Positions 29,254-39,744 of a stretch of DNA of 64,000 nucleotides are shown here, one piece after another (positions within the stretch are counted from its first letter, which is position 1; the number at the start of each line of letters is the position of its first letter). The notes beneath the pieces are model-generated. The model ran no database searches. It had not been told where the DNA came from and was given only the letters and a program-made list of their open reading frames with translations. Position numbers and translations under genes: made by a program. The stretch is from an uncultured Bacillales bacterium. GTDB taxonomy: Bacteria; Bacillota_I; Bacilli_A; RF39; UBA660. The stretch spans positions 5,968 through 69,967 of the forward strand of contig CAMOGG010000001.1 in assembly GCA_946614095.1 (NCBI GenBank). The letters run 5' to 3'.

Positions 29254-29900
29254 TCTATCTCTTTTAATCCATTCTTTTTTAAAAATTCATTAGTTTTGGA
29301 GAATGGCTTGCTCCCGAAAAAACCATTTCTTGCAGAAAAAGGAGAGGGATGAGCTGATTCTATAATAAGATGTTTAGGATTTGTTATTAAACTCTTTTTT
29401 TCTCTAGCATATGATCCCCATAAAATGAATACAACTGGAGTTTGTTTTTCATTGATAATTTTTATAACATTATTCGTAAAGGTCTCCCATCCTTTTTCTT
29501 TATGTGATGTTGGCTTATGTTCTTCTACTGTTAAAACAGCATTTAATAGAAGTACTCCTTGTCTAGCCCATGGTTTAAGTGAATTATGTTTTGGAAATGG
29601 TATTCCTAAGTCACTTTCTAGTTCCTTAAAAATGTTTTGTAGTGACGGTGGTTTTAATACTTCATTGCTGACAGAAAATGATAATCCTTCTGCTTGATTT
29701 GGTCCGTGATAAGGATCTTGACCTAATATCACTACCTTTAAATTATCAAAATCGGTATAACGAAAAGCATTAAATACTTCATTTTGTTTTGGATAGATTG
29801 TTTTTGTTTTATATTCATTTTTTACAAATTGTATTAAGTTTTGAAAATAATCTTCTTGATATTCTTTTTTTAATAGTTCATCCCACTTGTTTCCTATCAT
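29235..29900 (-). CDS. ung: Uracil-DNA glycosylase (family 1)
   Basis: VVILGQDPYHGPNQAEGLSFSV and HPSPFSA motifs. Confidence 0.9.
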   Translation of the reverse strand: MIGNKWDELLKKEYQEDYFQNLIQFVKNEYKTKTIYPKQNEVFNAFRYTDFDNLKVVILGQDPYHGPNQAEGLSFSVSNEVLKPPSLQNIFKELESDLGIPFPKHNSLKPWARQGVLLLNAVLTVEEHKPTSHKEKGWETFTNNVIKIINEKQTPVVFILWGSYAREKKSLITNPKHLIIESAHPSPFSARNGFFGSKPFSKTNEFLKKNGLKEIDWRIES

Positions 29901-29908
29901 ATTTCCAC

Positions 29909-30364
29909 CTACTTATGATAACTTTCATGATTATTTATTTTATAAGAACGATAAATTTGTTCTAAAAGTAATACTCTAAATAATTGATGAGGAAAAGTCA
30001 TTTTTGAAAAAGACAGATGCCAATTAGAATCTTTTTTGATATTTTCTGATAAACCATAACTTCCACCAATAATAAATACTACATTACTGTTTTCAATCCA
30101 AAGGTTATTCATTTTACTAGCAAATTCTAAGGAATTTATTTCTTTTCCCTCTATTTCTAGAGTAATTATATAGTCTCTTTCATTTAGATGTTTTCTTATT
30201 TTTTCTTCTTCTAATTTTAAGGCTTTTTCTTTTTCAACAAATCCTTCATCTTTTACTTCTATCATTTCTAATTTTGTATATTTTGATATTCTTTTTTGAT
30301 ATTCAATTATGGCTTCTTTTAAATATTTTTCCTTAATTGTTCCTACGGTAATAATTTTAATCAT
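29909..30364 (-). CDS. rlmH: 23S rRNA (pseudouridine1915-N3)-methyltransferase RlmH (SPOUT)
   Basis: About 150 aa, YbeA/RlmH family. Confidence 0.75.
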   Translation of the reverse strand: MIKIITVGTIKEKYLKEAIIEYQKRISKYTKLEMIEVKDEGFVEKEKALKLEEEKIRKHLNERDYIITLEIEGKEINSLEFASKMNNLWIENSNVVFIIGGSYGLSENIKKDSNWHLSFSKMTFPHQLFRVLLLEQIYRSYKINNHESYHK

Positions 30365-30365
30365 C

Positions 30366-31121
30366 TTACACCTCTATTAAAGGACCTTCTTCATCTTGTT
30401 TTGCTATTCTTATTTGAATACTTTCATCTATTCCTTCTTCTTTCATTGCTTCTAAGGCCTTTTTTTCAGTATTATTCTTTTCACTTAAATGTGCAAGAAT
30501 AATATTTTTAGTATTTTTACTAACTATTTTTTTTAAATATTTTGCTGTTGTTTTATTTGATAAATGTCCTTTATCACTAATTACTCTTTCTTTTAAAAAT
30601 CTTGGATATGGTCCGTCCATTAACATTACTTCGTCATGATTGCTTTCTATTATGTAAGCATTTTTATCTACCATTTTTGCTAGATACTTTCTATTAATAT
30701 AACCTGTATCTGTAACATAAACGAGACTTCTTTGGTTTTCTTCAATAATAAATCCTACTGAGGAAGGTGCATCATGAGAAGTATGTATTAATTCTATTTT
30801 TACATTTTCAATATAAAATTCATCTTCTATAAATTCACATTTTGAATATGGGACGTATTCTTTTAAGCTTTCATACATTGACTCTGGAATGTATACTTTT
30901 AAATGTGTCTTTTTTAAAAGAGATTCTAGTCCTTTTGTATGATCTTTGTGACAATGAGTGATTAATATTCCTTTAAAATCTGAAAAAGAAAGGGAATTTT
31001 CTTCTAAACTTCTTTTTAAAGTTAGGTAGGAAATTCCCATATCTATTATTAAGTTTATATTGTCACATAAAACTATCGTACAATTTCCTTTGGACCCACT
31101 TGCAATTGTTTTTATTTTCAT
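30366..31121 (-). CDS. yycJ: MBL-fold metallo-hydrolase, YycJ/WalJ-like
   Basis: HCHKDH metal motif. yycJ-rlmH adjacency as in B. subtilis. Confidence 0.6.
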   Translation of the reverse strand: MKIKTIASGSKGNCTIVLCDNINLIIDMGISYLTLKRSLEENSLSFSDFKGILITHCHKDHTKGLESLLKKTHLKVYIPESMYESLKEYVPYSKCEFIEDEFYIENVKIELIHTSHDAPSSVGFIIEENQRSLVYVTDTGYINRKYLAKMVDKNAYIIESNHDEVMLMDGPYPRFLKERVISDKGHLSNKTTAKYLKKIVSKNTKNIILAHLSEKNNTEKKALEAMKEEGIDESIQIRIAKQDEEGPLIEV

Positions 31122-31122
31122 T

Positions 31123-32613
31123 TTAATAGAAATTCATTGCGTTTAACGCAGTTCCTCCTGCATAAGGTGGACCAGTCCATATCGCGTAATGTAAGTGTAC
31201 ACCTGTTGCGAAACCAGTTTGTCCCATACCACCAATTGCTTGTCCCCTTTGTACTCTATCTCCAACTTTAACATATGTACAGCCACTACACAAATGGGCA
31301 TACATTGTATAGTAACCATTATCATGTCTAATTGTAATATATTGTCCGTTATCATATTTGTAACTTACGGTTACTACTTCTCCAGATTCTGCTGCGAAGA
31401 TATTAGAACCATAACCACATCCAGCTATATCTGTTCCATCATGTAATGTTCCCCATCTCCAACCAAAACCGGATGATACTGTTGAACAAGTTGCTGGCCA
31501 TCCAAACATGCCTTTTGTGACAATTAAATCTCCATAGCCACCACTCCAACCAGATACTGGTTGTTTTGTTCCCTTCACAACTATTTCTTCAACTGGTTCC
31601 TTTAATACTTCTTGTGAAATACTAACTAATGAAACAGTTTCTCCATTTACTTTTTGGACCTTTTGAGTTACTCGATTTAATCCTTTTATTCCTGCTTGTT
31701 TTACTTCAGAATAAGAAGTATATTGATTTGGATCTTCTTCAGTCTTTGTGGCATAATTTTGTTCTTCATCTTTTACTACATGATCTTCTTCTACAATGCT
31801 GATTTGTGGTTTTAAAATTCCTAATGTCACTACTTGTCCAGGGGATAAAAGACTATTTTCATCTTGTAATTCTGGGTTAGCTATTAAGAATTCTTCTACT
31901 GATATTTTATTATTAAATGCTACATCACTTATTGTATCTCCATCTTTAATGGTATATGTTGCTTGTGGTTCTACTGTACCAAATAATAAATATTTGCTTA
32001 AATTTTCCTCTGTTTGATAAATTGTTTTATCAACTGGAATTTTATCTTTCTTTATTGTTATTTTATTTCTAATATAGATATTATCTATGATGGTTCCTGT
32101 ATCTTTGATTTCTTTTTGAGTATCGTTGGCATAATTATTAAAATCTTCTGGGGAAATAAAGGACTGAACTGTTTTTTCTACTGATGTGGTAAAGACTTTC
32201 TTGTCCGTTACGTATAATGTGTTTGTCTTTGCTTTAATTGTCTTTCCTTCACTATCTTTACTATCAATTCCTTTGATTTTAATAGTATATCCGTTAATTG
32301 TGAAAGGAGAAATATCTTTAATTTCATCATAAATATCTTTATTTGACTTTAGATTATCTTCGAAGGTAATTTCTTTTACAATATCTAAATCTGTTGGAAC
32401 ATAAACTTTATTTACATTATACTTTTTCTTAATTTCAGCTTGTTTTTTATCGATATAGTTTTCAAAAGATTCTTTTGACTCAATTAAACCTAGTGATTTT
32501 CCTTTTAAATATACTCTATATACTGTTTTTGGAGTTTTTGTTATTTCTGTAAAGCCTGTTGAAAAGATGAAGGCTATTCCTAACATTATCATCATTATTA
32601 CTTTTTTATTCAC
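31123..32613 (-). CDS. Secreted peptidoglycan hydrolase: LysM domain plus C-terminal M23 metallopeptidase
   Basis: Signal/TM; LysM (TIKDGDTISDVAFNN…); M23 (HDGTDIA…HLHYAI). Confidence 0.7.
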   Translation of the reverse strand: MNKKVIMMIMLGIAFIFSTGFTEITKTPKTVYRVYLKGKSLGLIESKESFENYIDKKQAEIKKKYNVNKVYVPTDLDIVKEITFEDNLKSNKDIYDEIKDISPFTINGYTIKIKGIDSKDSEGKTIKAKTNTLYVTDKKVFTTSVEKTVQSFISPEDFNNYANDTQKEIKDTGTIIDNIYIRNKITIKKDKIPVDKTIYQTEENLSKYLLFGTVEPQATYTIKDGDTISDVAFNNKISVEEFLIANPELQDENSLLSPGQVVTLGILKPQISIVEEDHVVKDEEQNYATKTEEDPNQYTSYSEVKQAGIKGLNRVTQKVQKVNGETVSLVSISQEVLKEPVEEIVVKGTKQPVSGWSGGYGDLIVTKGMFGWPATCSTVSSGFGWRWGTLHDGTDIAGCGYGSNIFAAESGEVVTVSYKYDNGQYITIRHDNGYYTMYAHLCSGCTYVKVGDRVQRGQAIGGMGQTGFATGVHLHYAIWTGPPYAGGTALNAMNFY

Positions 32614-33967
32614 TAGCGTTCCCCTCCTTATTAAAATCTTTTCTTAAATTTAAGAATGTTGATGTATTCTTTTTGAATAATAGTTCTATTGTTGCGGTTG
32701 GTCCATTACGATGTTTTCCTATAATTAATTCACTAATACTATTGTTGTCTTCTGTTCTGGCTTCTTTATTGTAATAATCATCTCTATATAGGAACATGAC
32801 AATATCTGCATCCTGTTCAATAGAACCAGATTCTCTTAAATCACTCATTAATGGTCGTTTATCTTCTCTTGCTTCTACGCCACGTGATAATTGAGATAAA
32901 GCTATTACTGGTACTCCTAATTCCATTGCTAATGTTTTCAAACTTCTTGATATATCTGATACTTCTTGTTGTCTGTTAGAACCATAGTTCTTTCCACCTG
33001 ATATTAATTGAAGATAATCTATAACAATCAGAGATAGCCCTTTTTCACTACTAGCTAGTCTTCTACATTTCGCTCTTATTTCTCCAATGGTGATACCTGG
33101 AGTATCATCAATTACTAAGTTTGTATTAGATAATTGCGCTACTGCTTCATTAATTCTTTTCCAATCTTGATTCATTAAATTACCAGTTCTAAGTTTGAAT
33201 CCTTCTATTTGACCAAGAGAAGATAAGATACGTTGAGCTAATTGCTCAGCACTCATTTCCAAGTTAAATAAAGCTACTGATTTATCTTGTTCCATTGCAG
33301 CATGAGTTGCTAAGTTTAAAGCAAAGGCAGTTTTCCCCATAGCAGGACGAGCTGCAATGATGATGAACTCATTAGGATGAAGTCCTGTTGTGATACGATC
33401 AAAATCATACCAACCAGTTGCGAGTCCTGTTATTTCTCCTTTACTTTCTGATAATTTTTCAAGATCTGCTTGAGTTTTTATTAATACATCTTTGATTGTA
33501 CGAAATTCACTAGCTTTTCTATTCTTTACAATATTTAATATTTTTTTCTCTGAGTTATCTAATATTTCATTGACTGTTTCATCTGTTCGATACCCTTCTG
33601 ATGCTATTTCTGTAGCTGTTTCTATTAAATTTCTCAATAAGGAAGATTCTTCTACTGTTTGAATATAATAATCAATGTTACTAGCAGTTGGAACGTAGTT
33701 TAATATCTCCGTTAAATATTCCACTCCTCCAATTTCTGTTAGCTCATTGGTCTTTTGCAAATAGCTTGTGACAGTTGTTATATCAATTGGAGTTTTTTCA
33801 TCTAATAATGCAGTCATTGCTGAAAATATTTTACCATTTTTTTCATTATAGAATGAAGTTGGCATTAAAGTTTCTGCTGCTTTTTGAAGTGCATATTTTG
33901 ACAAGAAACAAGAGCCTAAAACTGCCTGTTCTGCTTCTATATTATTTGGTAAAGCTCTCATTGGCAT
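32606..33967 (-). CDS. dnaB: Replicative DNA helicase (DnaB family; dnaC in Bacillus nomenclature)
   Basis: N-terminal NIEAEQAVLG, Walker A GKT, RecA-like C-domain. Confidence 0.95.
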   Translation of the reverse strand: MPMRALPNNIEAEQAVLGSCFLSKYALQKAAETLMPTSFYNEKNGKIFSAMTALLDEKTPIDITTVTSYLQKTNELTEIGGVEYLTEILNYVPTASNIDYYIQTVEESSLLRNLIETATEIASEGYRTDETVNEILDNSEKKILNIVKNRKASEFRTIKDVLIKTQADLEKLSESKGEITGLATGWYDFDRITTGLHPNEFIIIAARPAMGKTAFALNLATHAAMEQDKSVALFNLEMSAEQLAQRILSSLGQIEGFKLRTGNLMNQDWKRINEAVAQLSNTNLVIDDTPGITIGEIRAKCRRLASSEKGLSLIVIDYLQLISGGKNYGSNRQQEVSDISRSLKTLAMELGVPVIALSQLSRGVEAREDKRPLMSDLRESGSIEQDADIVMFLYRDDYYNKEARTEDNNSISELIIGKHRNGPTATIELLFKKNTSTFLNLRKDFNKEGNASE

Positions 33968-33977
33968 TCTATCACCT

Positions 33978-34418
33978 CTATTTTATTACATGTATTTTTA
34001 CTGTAGCAATTACTTCTGGATATAGATTGATATTTACATTATGAAATCCTAAACTAGAGATTGATGTAGACAATTCTATTTTATTTTTTTCTATCTTATA
34101 TCCTTTTTCTGCTAGTGCATCTTTAATCTGCTTCACACTAATGCTTCCAAAGACTTTGTCCCCTTCTCCTGTTTTTACTTTAAATTCTAAAGTTATTTTT
34201 GATAATTTTTCTTTTATTTCCATGGCTTGCTTCTTATTTTCTTTGTCTTCTTGTTCTTTCTTAGCAAGCTCATGATTCAATTTACTAATATTTTCTTTTG
34301 TCTTTTTTACGGCATAACCATTTTTTATTAAGAAATTTTCAGCGTAACCATCTTTTACATTTTTAATTTGCCCCTTTTTACCCTGATTTTTTAAATCCTT
34401 GATAAAAATTACTTCCAT
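33978..34418 (-). CDS. rplI: 50S ribosomal protein L9
   Basis: MEVIFIKDLKNQGKKG…. Confidence 0.9.
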   Translation of the reverse strand: MEVIFIKDLKNQGKKGQIKNVKDGYAENFLIKNGYAVKKTKENISKLNHELAKKEQEDKENKKQAMEIKEKLSKITLEFKVKTGEGDKVFGSISVKQIKDALAEKGYKIEKNKIELSTSISSLGFHNVNINLYPEVIATVKIHVIK

Positions 34419-34419
34419 G

Positions 34420-35418
34420 TTATTCTCCTTCTTCTTTAATTAATCTTTTTAATTCTTGTTCTACTTTGCTAATTGTTGTATTTTCAAAATGTGCAGCTCC
34501 ATTGTAAGTATCTCCTCCACCACCAAGTTTCTCTAATATTTTCATAATATTATAGTTTCCTAAACTTCTAGCACTTAATCCTATCTCATCTTTTCCTATT
34601 TTACCTATAACAAATGAAGCTTCTATGTTGTTGAAGAAAAGTAATGTATCTGCTACTTTTGCTAAATCTTCTCTTCTATACTGTGTATATGGAGATGCTT
34701 TTGTAAAAGCTACTTTTTCCTCTATCGTTTCTATAGCAGACATTAGCTTTTGTCTTTCTGTATATTCTTCTAGATCTTGTTTCAATAGATACTGTACTTT
34801 CTTAGCACTTGCTCCCATTGAGGCTAAATAATATGATGTATAAAATGTATCTACTGATGTATTTAAAGTATAATTATTAGTATCTAGTACAATTCCTGAC
34901 AATAAAATAGTTGAATAATAAGGCTCTAAATCGATATCATATTGCTCCATAAGATTTGCTACCATTTCACAAGCACTTGACGCTTTAGGGTCATCAATCA
35001 TAATAGAATCTTTTATTGTTGTTTTACCTAAAGCATGATGATCAATCACTATTTTATGCTCAATTTTTTTCAGTACATCCTTACTTTGTACTAAATCCTT
35101 TTTATTAGTATCTAATATTATTAGTAAATTTTTGCTTTTTTTAGGGTGAAGATACTCCTCTACATTTTCACTTCTAATAATATTAATACAACCATCTAAT
35201 TCTTTTAATACTTTTTCTACACCTGGCTCATGATTTTTGTCATCAATAATGATATAACCTTTCTTTCTTCGATTCTTTAGAAACATATACATTCCGATAC
35301 AACTCCCTAAAGCATCTAAATCTAGGTTTTTATGAGCCATTAAAAAAACTTTTTTGGCTTTTCGAATAGCAAAGCTGATTTTTCTACCTTCTGATTTTTT
35401 TTCCCTTATTATACTCAT
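34420..35418 (-). CDS. Stand-alone DHH/DHHA1 phosphoesterase in the GdpP (yybT) position upstream of rplI
   Basis: DHH (…AHKNLDLDALGS…, …DHH…) and DHHA1 (GGGG) motifs. Lacks the TM/PAS/GGDEF N-terminus of GdpP. Confidence 0.55.
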   Translation of the reverse strand: MSIIREKKSEGRKISFAIRKAKKVFLMAHKNLDLDALGSCIGMYMFLKNRRKKGYIIIDDKNHEPGVEKVLKELDGCINIIRSENVEEYLHPKKSKNLLIILDTNKKDLVQSKDVLKKIEHKIVIDHHALGKTTIKDSIMIDDPKASSACEMVANLMEQYDIDLEPYYSTILLSGIVLDTNNYTLNTSVDTFYTSYYLASMGASAKKVQYLLKQDLEEYTERQKLMSAIETIEEKVAFTKASPYTQYRREDLAKVADTLLFFNNIEASFVIGKIGKDEIGLSARSLGNYNIMKILEKLGGGGDTYNGAAHFENTTISKVEQELKRLIKEEGE

Positions 35419-35521
35419 ATATCCACCTCTATAAATGATACTTTTATTATATAATAAATCATATTATTTGTCTAACATCAGAAGTGCTTTTCCTAAAGAA
35501 AAAAATGTAGAAATCTACATT

Positions 35522-35737
35522 TTATCTTGAATAAGGCATTAGTGCGATTGCACGTGCTCTTTTAATTTGTTTTGAAATATGTCTTTGATGTAAGGCACAG
35601 TTTCCTGTAACACGTCTTGGAACAATTTTTCCTTTTTCATTAACATATCTTCTTAATGTTTCAGGATCTTTATAATCAACTGTTTTACCAGTACACATCA
35701 TACATACTTTTTTCTTTCTACGATTGAATTCAGCCAT
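35522..35737 (-). CDS. rpsR: 30S ribosomal protein S18
   Basis: Full-length S18 similarity. Confidence 0.9.
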   Translation of the reverse strand: MAEFNRRKKKVCMMCTGKTVDYKDPETLRRYVNEKGKIVPRRVTGNCALHQRHISKQIKRARAIALMPYSR

Positions 35738-35752
35738 AATCTTTCCTCCTTT

Positions 35753-36235
35753 TTAGAATGGTAATTCATCATCACTGATTTCAATGTTTGCACCAAAATC
35801 AGCAAATGGATTACTGTCTACGTCTGTTCCCTTTGGTTCTGGAGCATCTCCAAAATCATATGGGGTTGGTCCTGCTTCTTTATTAGAAGCATTCATATTA
35901 TTAGAATTATTTGAGGAATTTTTTGATCCTAAAAATTCAACATTGTCTGCTACTACTTCTGTTACATAACGTCTTTGTCCATTGTTGTCATCATATGTAC
36001 GCGTTTGAATTCTTCCTTCTACTGCCACTTGACTACCTTGCGACAAATAATTTTTTACGTTCTCAGCTTGTTTTCTCCAAACAACAATATTAATAAAATC
36101 AGCTTCTCTTTCTCCTTGTTGGTTTGAAAAATTTCTATTAACAGCTAGCGAAAATGTTGCCACTGCTGTGTTATTTCCAGTGTATCTTAACTCAGGATCT
36201 CTTGTTAATCTTCCAATTAAAACTACTTTATTCAT
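35753..36235 (-). CDS. ssb: Single-stranded DNA-binding protein
   Basis: OB-fold N-terminus, C-terminal DDELPF. Confidence 0.9.
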   Translation of the reverse strand: MNKVVLIGRLTRDPELRYTGNNTAVATFSLAVNRNFSNQQGEREADFINIVVWRKQAENVKNYLSQGSQVAVEGRIQTRTYDDNNGQRRYVTEVVADNVEFLGSKNSSNNSNNMNASNKEAGPTPYDFGDAPEPKGTDVDSNPFADFGANIEISDDELPF

Positions 36236-36254
36236 AAAATACCTCTTTTTCTTC

Positions 36255-36542
36255 TTAATCTTCTACTTTTACAATTAAATGACGAAGTAGATTTTCATTA
36301 ATTCTAGCAACACGATTAAATTCTTGTTCAGCTTCTTTGCTTGCTTCTACTACTAATAAGTAATAGTAACCAGTCTTAAATTTTCTGATTTCATAAGCTA
36401 GTTCTCTTTGTCCCATTGCTTTTTCTTCTACTACTTTTGCTTTAGCGTCTGTTAAAACCTTTTTCATACTTTCTGCAGTTTTACGAATTTCTGCTTCTTC
36501 CATATCAGGTTTTACGATAAACATAATTTCATACTTTTGCAT
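36255..36542 (-). CDS. rpsF: 30S ribosomal protein S6
   Basis: MQKYEIMFIVKPD…. Confidence 0.9.
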   Translation of the reverse strand: MQKYEIMFIVKPDMEEAEIRKTAESMKKVLTDAKAKVVEEKAMGQRELAYEIRKFKTGYYYLLVVEASKEAEQEFNRVARINENLLRHLIVKVED

Positions 36543-36796
36543 TTTTGCACCTCCTTTTGGACTTATCGGCTATTTTCTCTAAATAGCAAGGAGTATTTTA
36601 AATACTCGAAGGTATTATAACAAATTAATAATATATTGTCTAGTTTTTTATCAAATAATCTTTTCATAATTATAATTATTGTTATATCTTGTTAATTTTA
36701 CATTTTTTATTTTTCATTTTATTTTAGTTCTAATAAATCATTACTATTTCCAAATAATATGATATACTTATTAATAATGAAGGTGGAGGAATAAAA

Positions 36797-37537
36797 ATGA
36801 ATTTAATTGAAAAAAAATGCCCTAATTGTGGAGCAAGTTTGGAGTTTAGCGACACTGATAAGTCATGTAAATGTAATTATTGTCATCGAGCTTTTGAAAT
36901 TGAAAGAAATAATCAACCGGAAAATAGTGATTTAGATATATCTCAGCAATTTGTTTTAAATGAATTTAATGAAGTAACGAAGGGATTTAAACTATTTCAT
37001 ATGTTTTTTGTTATTATGTTTATTATTGTTGCTGCTTTTATTGGATTTTGTTTCTTTCAGGTATTTCGTGGATTTCGAGATGATAATATTGGCCCTTTTC
37101 AATCAGGACCATCTTATTATACGGAAGTTAGTGAACTTTCAAACGATGACTATGAAGATATCGATTTTGATGCTAGGGTGACTATTCAAGAAGGTGAAGG
37201 AGAGGAATCTTTCAGTATTGATGGAAATAGAAAAAGAGAGAAAGTATATGTAGCTTATAAAGATGATAGTTCTTATGTTATAGCTACTTATAAAGTTAAT
37301 TATTACAATTTTTTTCATAAAGATCAACGTTTTACAGTATATGTTCCTATGGTATATGAAAATATCAATAAAAAAGAATTTGTAGATAAATTTTCTAATC
37401 CACAAATTCAAGCTCCTGAATTTTATTTTGATTCTGAAAAGAAATCATATACTTATGGATATGGAAGCATGGATGACGTTTATAGTAATGTAATAAAACC
37501 TCTTGAAGAAAAAAATTATAATATTACAGAAAAATAG
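36797..37537 (+). CDS. Hypothetical protein with N-terminal CxxC…CxxC zinc ribbon and one TM segment
   Basis: KCPNCGASLEF…CKCNYCHRAF, followed by a hydrophobic helix. Confidence 0.4.
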   Translation: MNLIEKKCPNCGASLEFSDTDKSCKCNYCHRAFEIERNNQPENSDLDISQQFVLNEFNEVTKGFKLFHMFFVIMFIIVAAFIGFCFFQVFRGFRDDNIGPFQSGPSYYTEVSELSNDDYEDIDFDARVTIQEGEGEESFSIDGNRKREKVYVAYKDDSSYVIATYKVNYYNFFHKDQRFTVYVPMVYENINKKEFVDKFSNPQIQAPEFYFDSEKKSYTYGYGSMDDVYSNVIKPLEEKNYNITEK

Positions 37538-37560
37538 AGTATTGAAATATAATACTCTTT

Positions 37561-38367
37561 TTATTTGTAATAAAATCCTACAATATTTTGTCCTAATTTT
37601 GTATTATCTCCATGCACTGCTGCATAATGTGATGCATAATACTTATCGGTAGCTGTGTTAATTCCACTTACTTTAATTTCAGCTAATTCAAATTCTTCTA
37701 TTTGATTCATAATTGCTTTTAATAAATCAATGTGGTATCCATCATCTTTCTTTTCAATGGCATCTTTCCAAATTTCTTTAGTGGTTGCTATTTTTGGATA
37801 AGTGTCATATATATATGATTCTTTTTTGATATGACTTCCTATATATAAGTATATATCTCTTGGATTACTATGATATTTTTCTATCATTTTTTGAAGAAAT
37901 GCTTTTGGTAATCCTCTATTAATGTGATATATTCCACAATGAACTATTCCACTATACCCTTTTTTACGATCCTCTGCAATCAAAACAGGACAATCTGCCA
38001 TTCTATGTGCTAAGGCAACACCTTTGTAATTATCATCTATAAAAAGTATATCTGCTTCTATTTTTTCCATAAAATAATCTTCTTTTGTCATATATAAATT
38101 ATTTATAAAAATGTCTTTATTATCTTCATAAACATCATTATCTTCCATTTTTTGTTTCACTTGAAACATTTTTAGTCCTGAAAAGTTGTACTTATTCCCT
38201 AATCTAATTCTTGCATCTTTCACAGATTGAAATATTTGAATTTTCGTATAATCTTTTGGGTAAAAATTCTTACTGGAGGAGAATATTCCATCTTTTTGAT
38301 TTCCTTCAAAGATTCTAATTTTGCTTTTCATATTATACATTAAATCGAAAGTGGCAGATATCTCCAT
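37561..38367 (-). CDS. YfiH/PgeF-like (DUF152, purine nucleoside phosphorylase/laccase-domain) protein
   Basis: …HRMADCPVLIA… and …VHCGIYHINRG… resemble the DUF152 Cys/His motifs. Confidence 0.4.
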   Translation of the reverse strand: MEISATFDLMYNMKSKIRIFEGNQKDGIFSSSKNFYPKDYTKIQIFQSVKDARIRLGNKYNFSGLKMFQVKQKMEDNDVYEDNKDIFINNLYMTKEDYFMEKIEADILFIDDNYKGVALAHRMADCPVLIAEDRKKGYSGIVHCGIYHINRGLPKAFLQKMIEKYHSNPRDIYLYIGSHIKKESYIYDTYPKIATTKEIWKDAIEKKDDGYHIDLLKAIMNQIEEFELAEIKVSGINTATDKYYASHYAAVHGDNTKLGQNIVGFYYK

Positions 38368-39433
38368 CTTGCATTAAATAGTCTTTTCCTTCTAAACGAG
38401 CTTTTCCTGCTTCTTTTACTTTTAATTCTGAGCCTAATTCTATTAAGTCTTCATATGATATTACTTCTGCTCTGATAAATCCTTTTTCAAAATCCGTGTG
38501 AATGATTCCAGCACATTCTTTGGCATTCATCCCTTTTCTAAAAGTCCAAGCACGCACTTCATCTTTTCCTACCGTAAAATATGTTGCTAATCCTAAGATA
38601 TCATAGGTTGCTTTAATTAATTTGTCTAGTCCACTTCCATTTAATCCAAGCCCTTCTAACATTTCTTTTTTATCTTCTTCTTCTAATTCACTTAATTCTT
38701 CCTCAACCTTGGCGCATAGACTGACTACTTTAGCATTTTCTTTTTTTGCATATTCTTTTACTTTTTTTACATACTCATTATCATCACTACCTAATTCACT
38801 TTCCATAATATTAGCAAGGTAAATAATTGGTTTTTGGGTTAAAAAGCTATATGACTTAATAGTCTTTTTCTCTTCTTCAGAAAGTTCTAATTGTCTAATT
38901 GGTTTATTTTCTTCAAGGGCCTTTTTGCATTTTTCTAAAGTTTCTACTTCTAGTAAATCATCTTTGTCTTTGGTAGTCCTTGCTTTTTTTGATACTCTTT
39001 CTAATCGATTATTTATAATATCTAAATCTGCTATAGCAAGCTCTAGATTTATTGTTTCGATATCTCTAATTGGATCAATATTACCTTCTACATGAATAAT
39101 TTTTCCATCATCAAAGCATCTTACCACTTCAACAATAGCATCGGTTTCTCTTATGTGTGATAGGAATTTATTTCCTAAACCTTCTCCTTTACTAGCTCCT
39201 TTTACTAATCCGGCTATATCAGTAAACTCATATGCTGTTGGTATAAATCTATTTGGCTCATACATTTCTTTTAATTTATCCATTCTTTCGTCTGGTACCG
39301 TTACTACTCCTACATTTGGTTCTATTGTTGCAAATGGATAATTTTCTGCTAAGATTTTTTGATTTGTGATTGCATTAAATAATGTTGATTTTCCTACATT
39401 TGGAAGTCCTACTATTCCTGCTGTTAAACTCAT
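38333..39433 (-). CDS. ychF: Ribosome-binding ATPase YchF
   Basis: GIVGLPNVGKSTLFNA, TGS domain. Position as yyaF in Bacillus. Confidence 0.9.
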   Translation of the reverse strand: MSLTAGIVGLPNVGKSTLFNAITNQKILAENYPFATIEPNVGVVTVPDERMDKLKEMYEPNRFIPTAYEFTDIAGLVKGASKGEGLGNKFLSHIRETDAIVEVVRCFDDGKIIHVEGNIDPIRDIETINLELAIADLDIINNRLERVSKKARTTKDKDDLLEVETLEKCKKALEENKPIRQLELSEEEKKTIKSYSFLTQKPIIYLANIMESELGSDDNEYVKKVKEYAKKENAKVVSLCAKVEEELSELEEEDKKEMLEGLGLNGSGLDKLIKATYDILGLATYFTVGKDEVRAWTFRKGMNAKECAGIIHTDFEKGFIRAEVISYEDLIELGSELKVKEAGKARLEGKDYLMQDGDICHFRFNV

Positions 39434-39474
39434 AATATCCCTCTTTTCTTTGTTTATTATATCATAAATTATTC

Positions 39475-39663
39475 GAAAAAGAAAAAATACCTTAATGGTA
39501 TTAAACCATTTGAAAAATTTGATGTACCACTAATAACAAATAAGGCTGTTGGTTTGTTTATCAAATCTTTTAAGTTAATATCATTAATATTTCTATCAAA
39601 AATCATACTATTATAAGTAGTAATTTAGTTAATCTTAAAAATACTTTAGATTGCATTGAAAAA
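39475..39663 (-). ncRNA. Candidate ~190-nt small RNA bounded by a sigma-A-like promoter and an intrinsic terminator
   Basis: Minus-strand -35 TTGAGG (39693-39698), 17-bp spacer, -10 AATAAT (39670-39675). Minus-strand terminator aatacc-attaa-ggtatt plus T-run at 39471-39502. No ORF with an RBS fits inside. Confidence 0.3.
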
Positions 39664-39744
39664 TATCGTATTATTGTTCCTAGAAGAAGCAGCCTCAAAT
39701 TATCTTTATTTAAATGAAAAAAGAATCATTTTACTATGATTCTT

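Noticed and set aside
39464-39606. 46-codon minus-strand ORF MIFDRNINDINLKDL… in the abgT-ychF gap
   Set aside because: No Shine-Dalgarno sequence. It reads straight through the intrinsic terminator hairpin. The interval is better explained as an sRNA.
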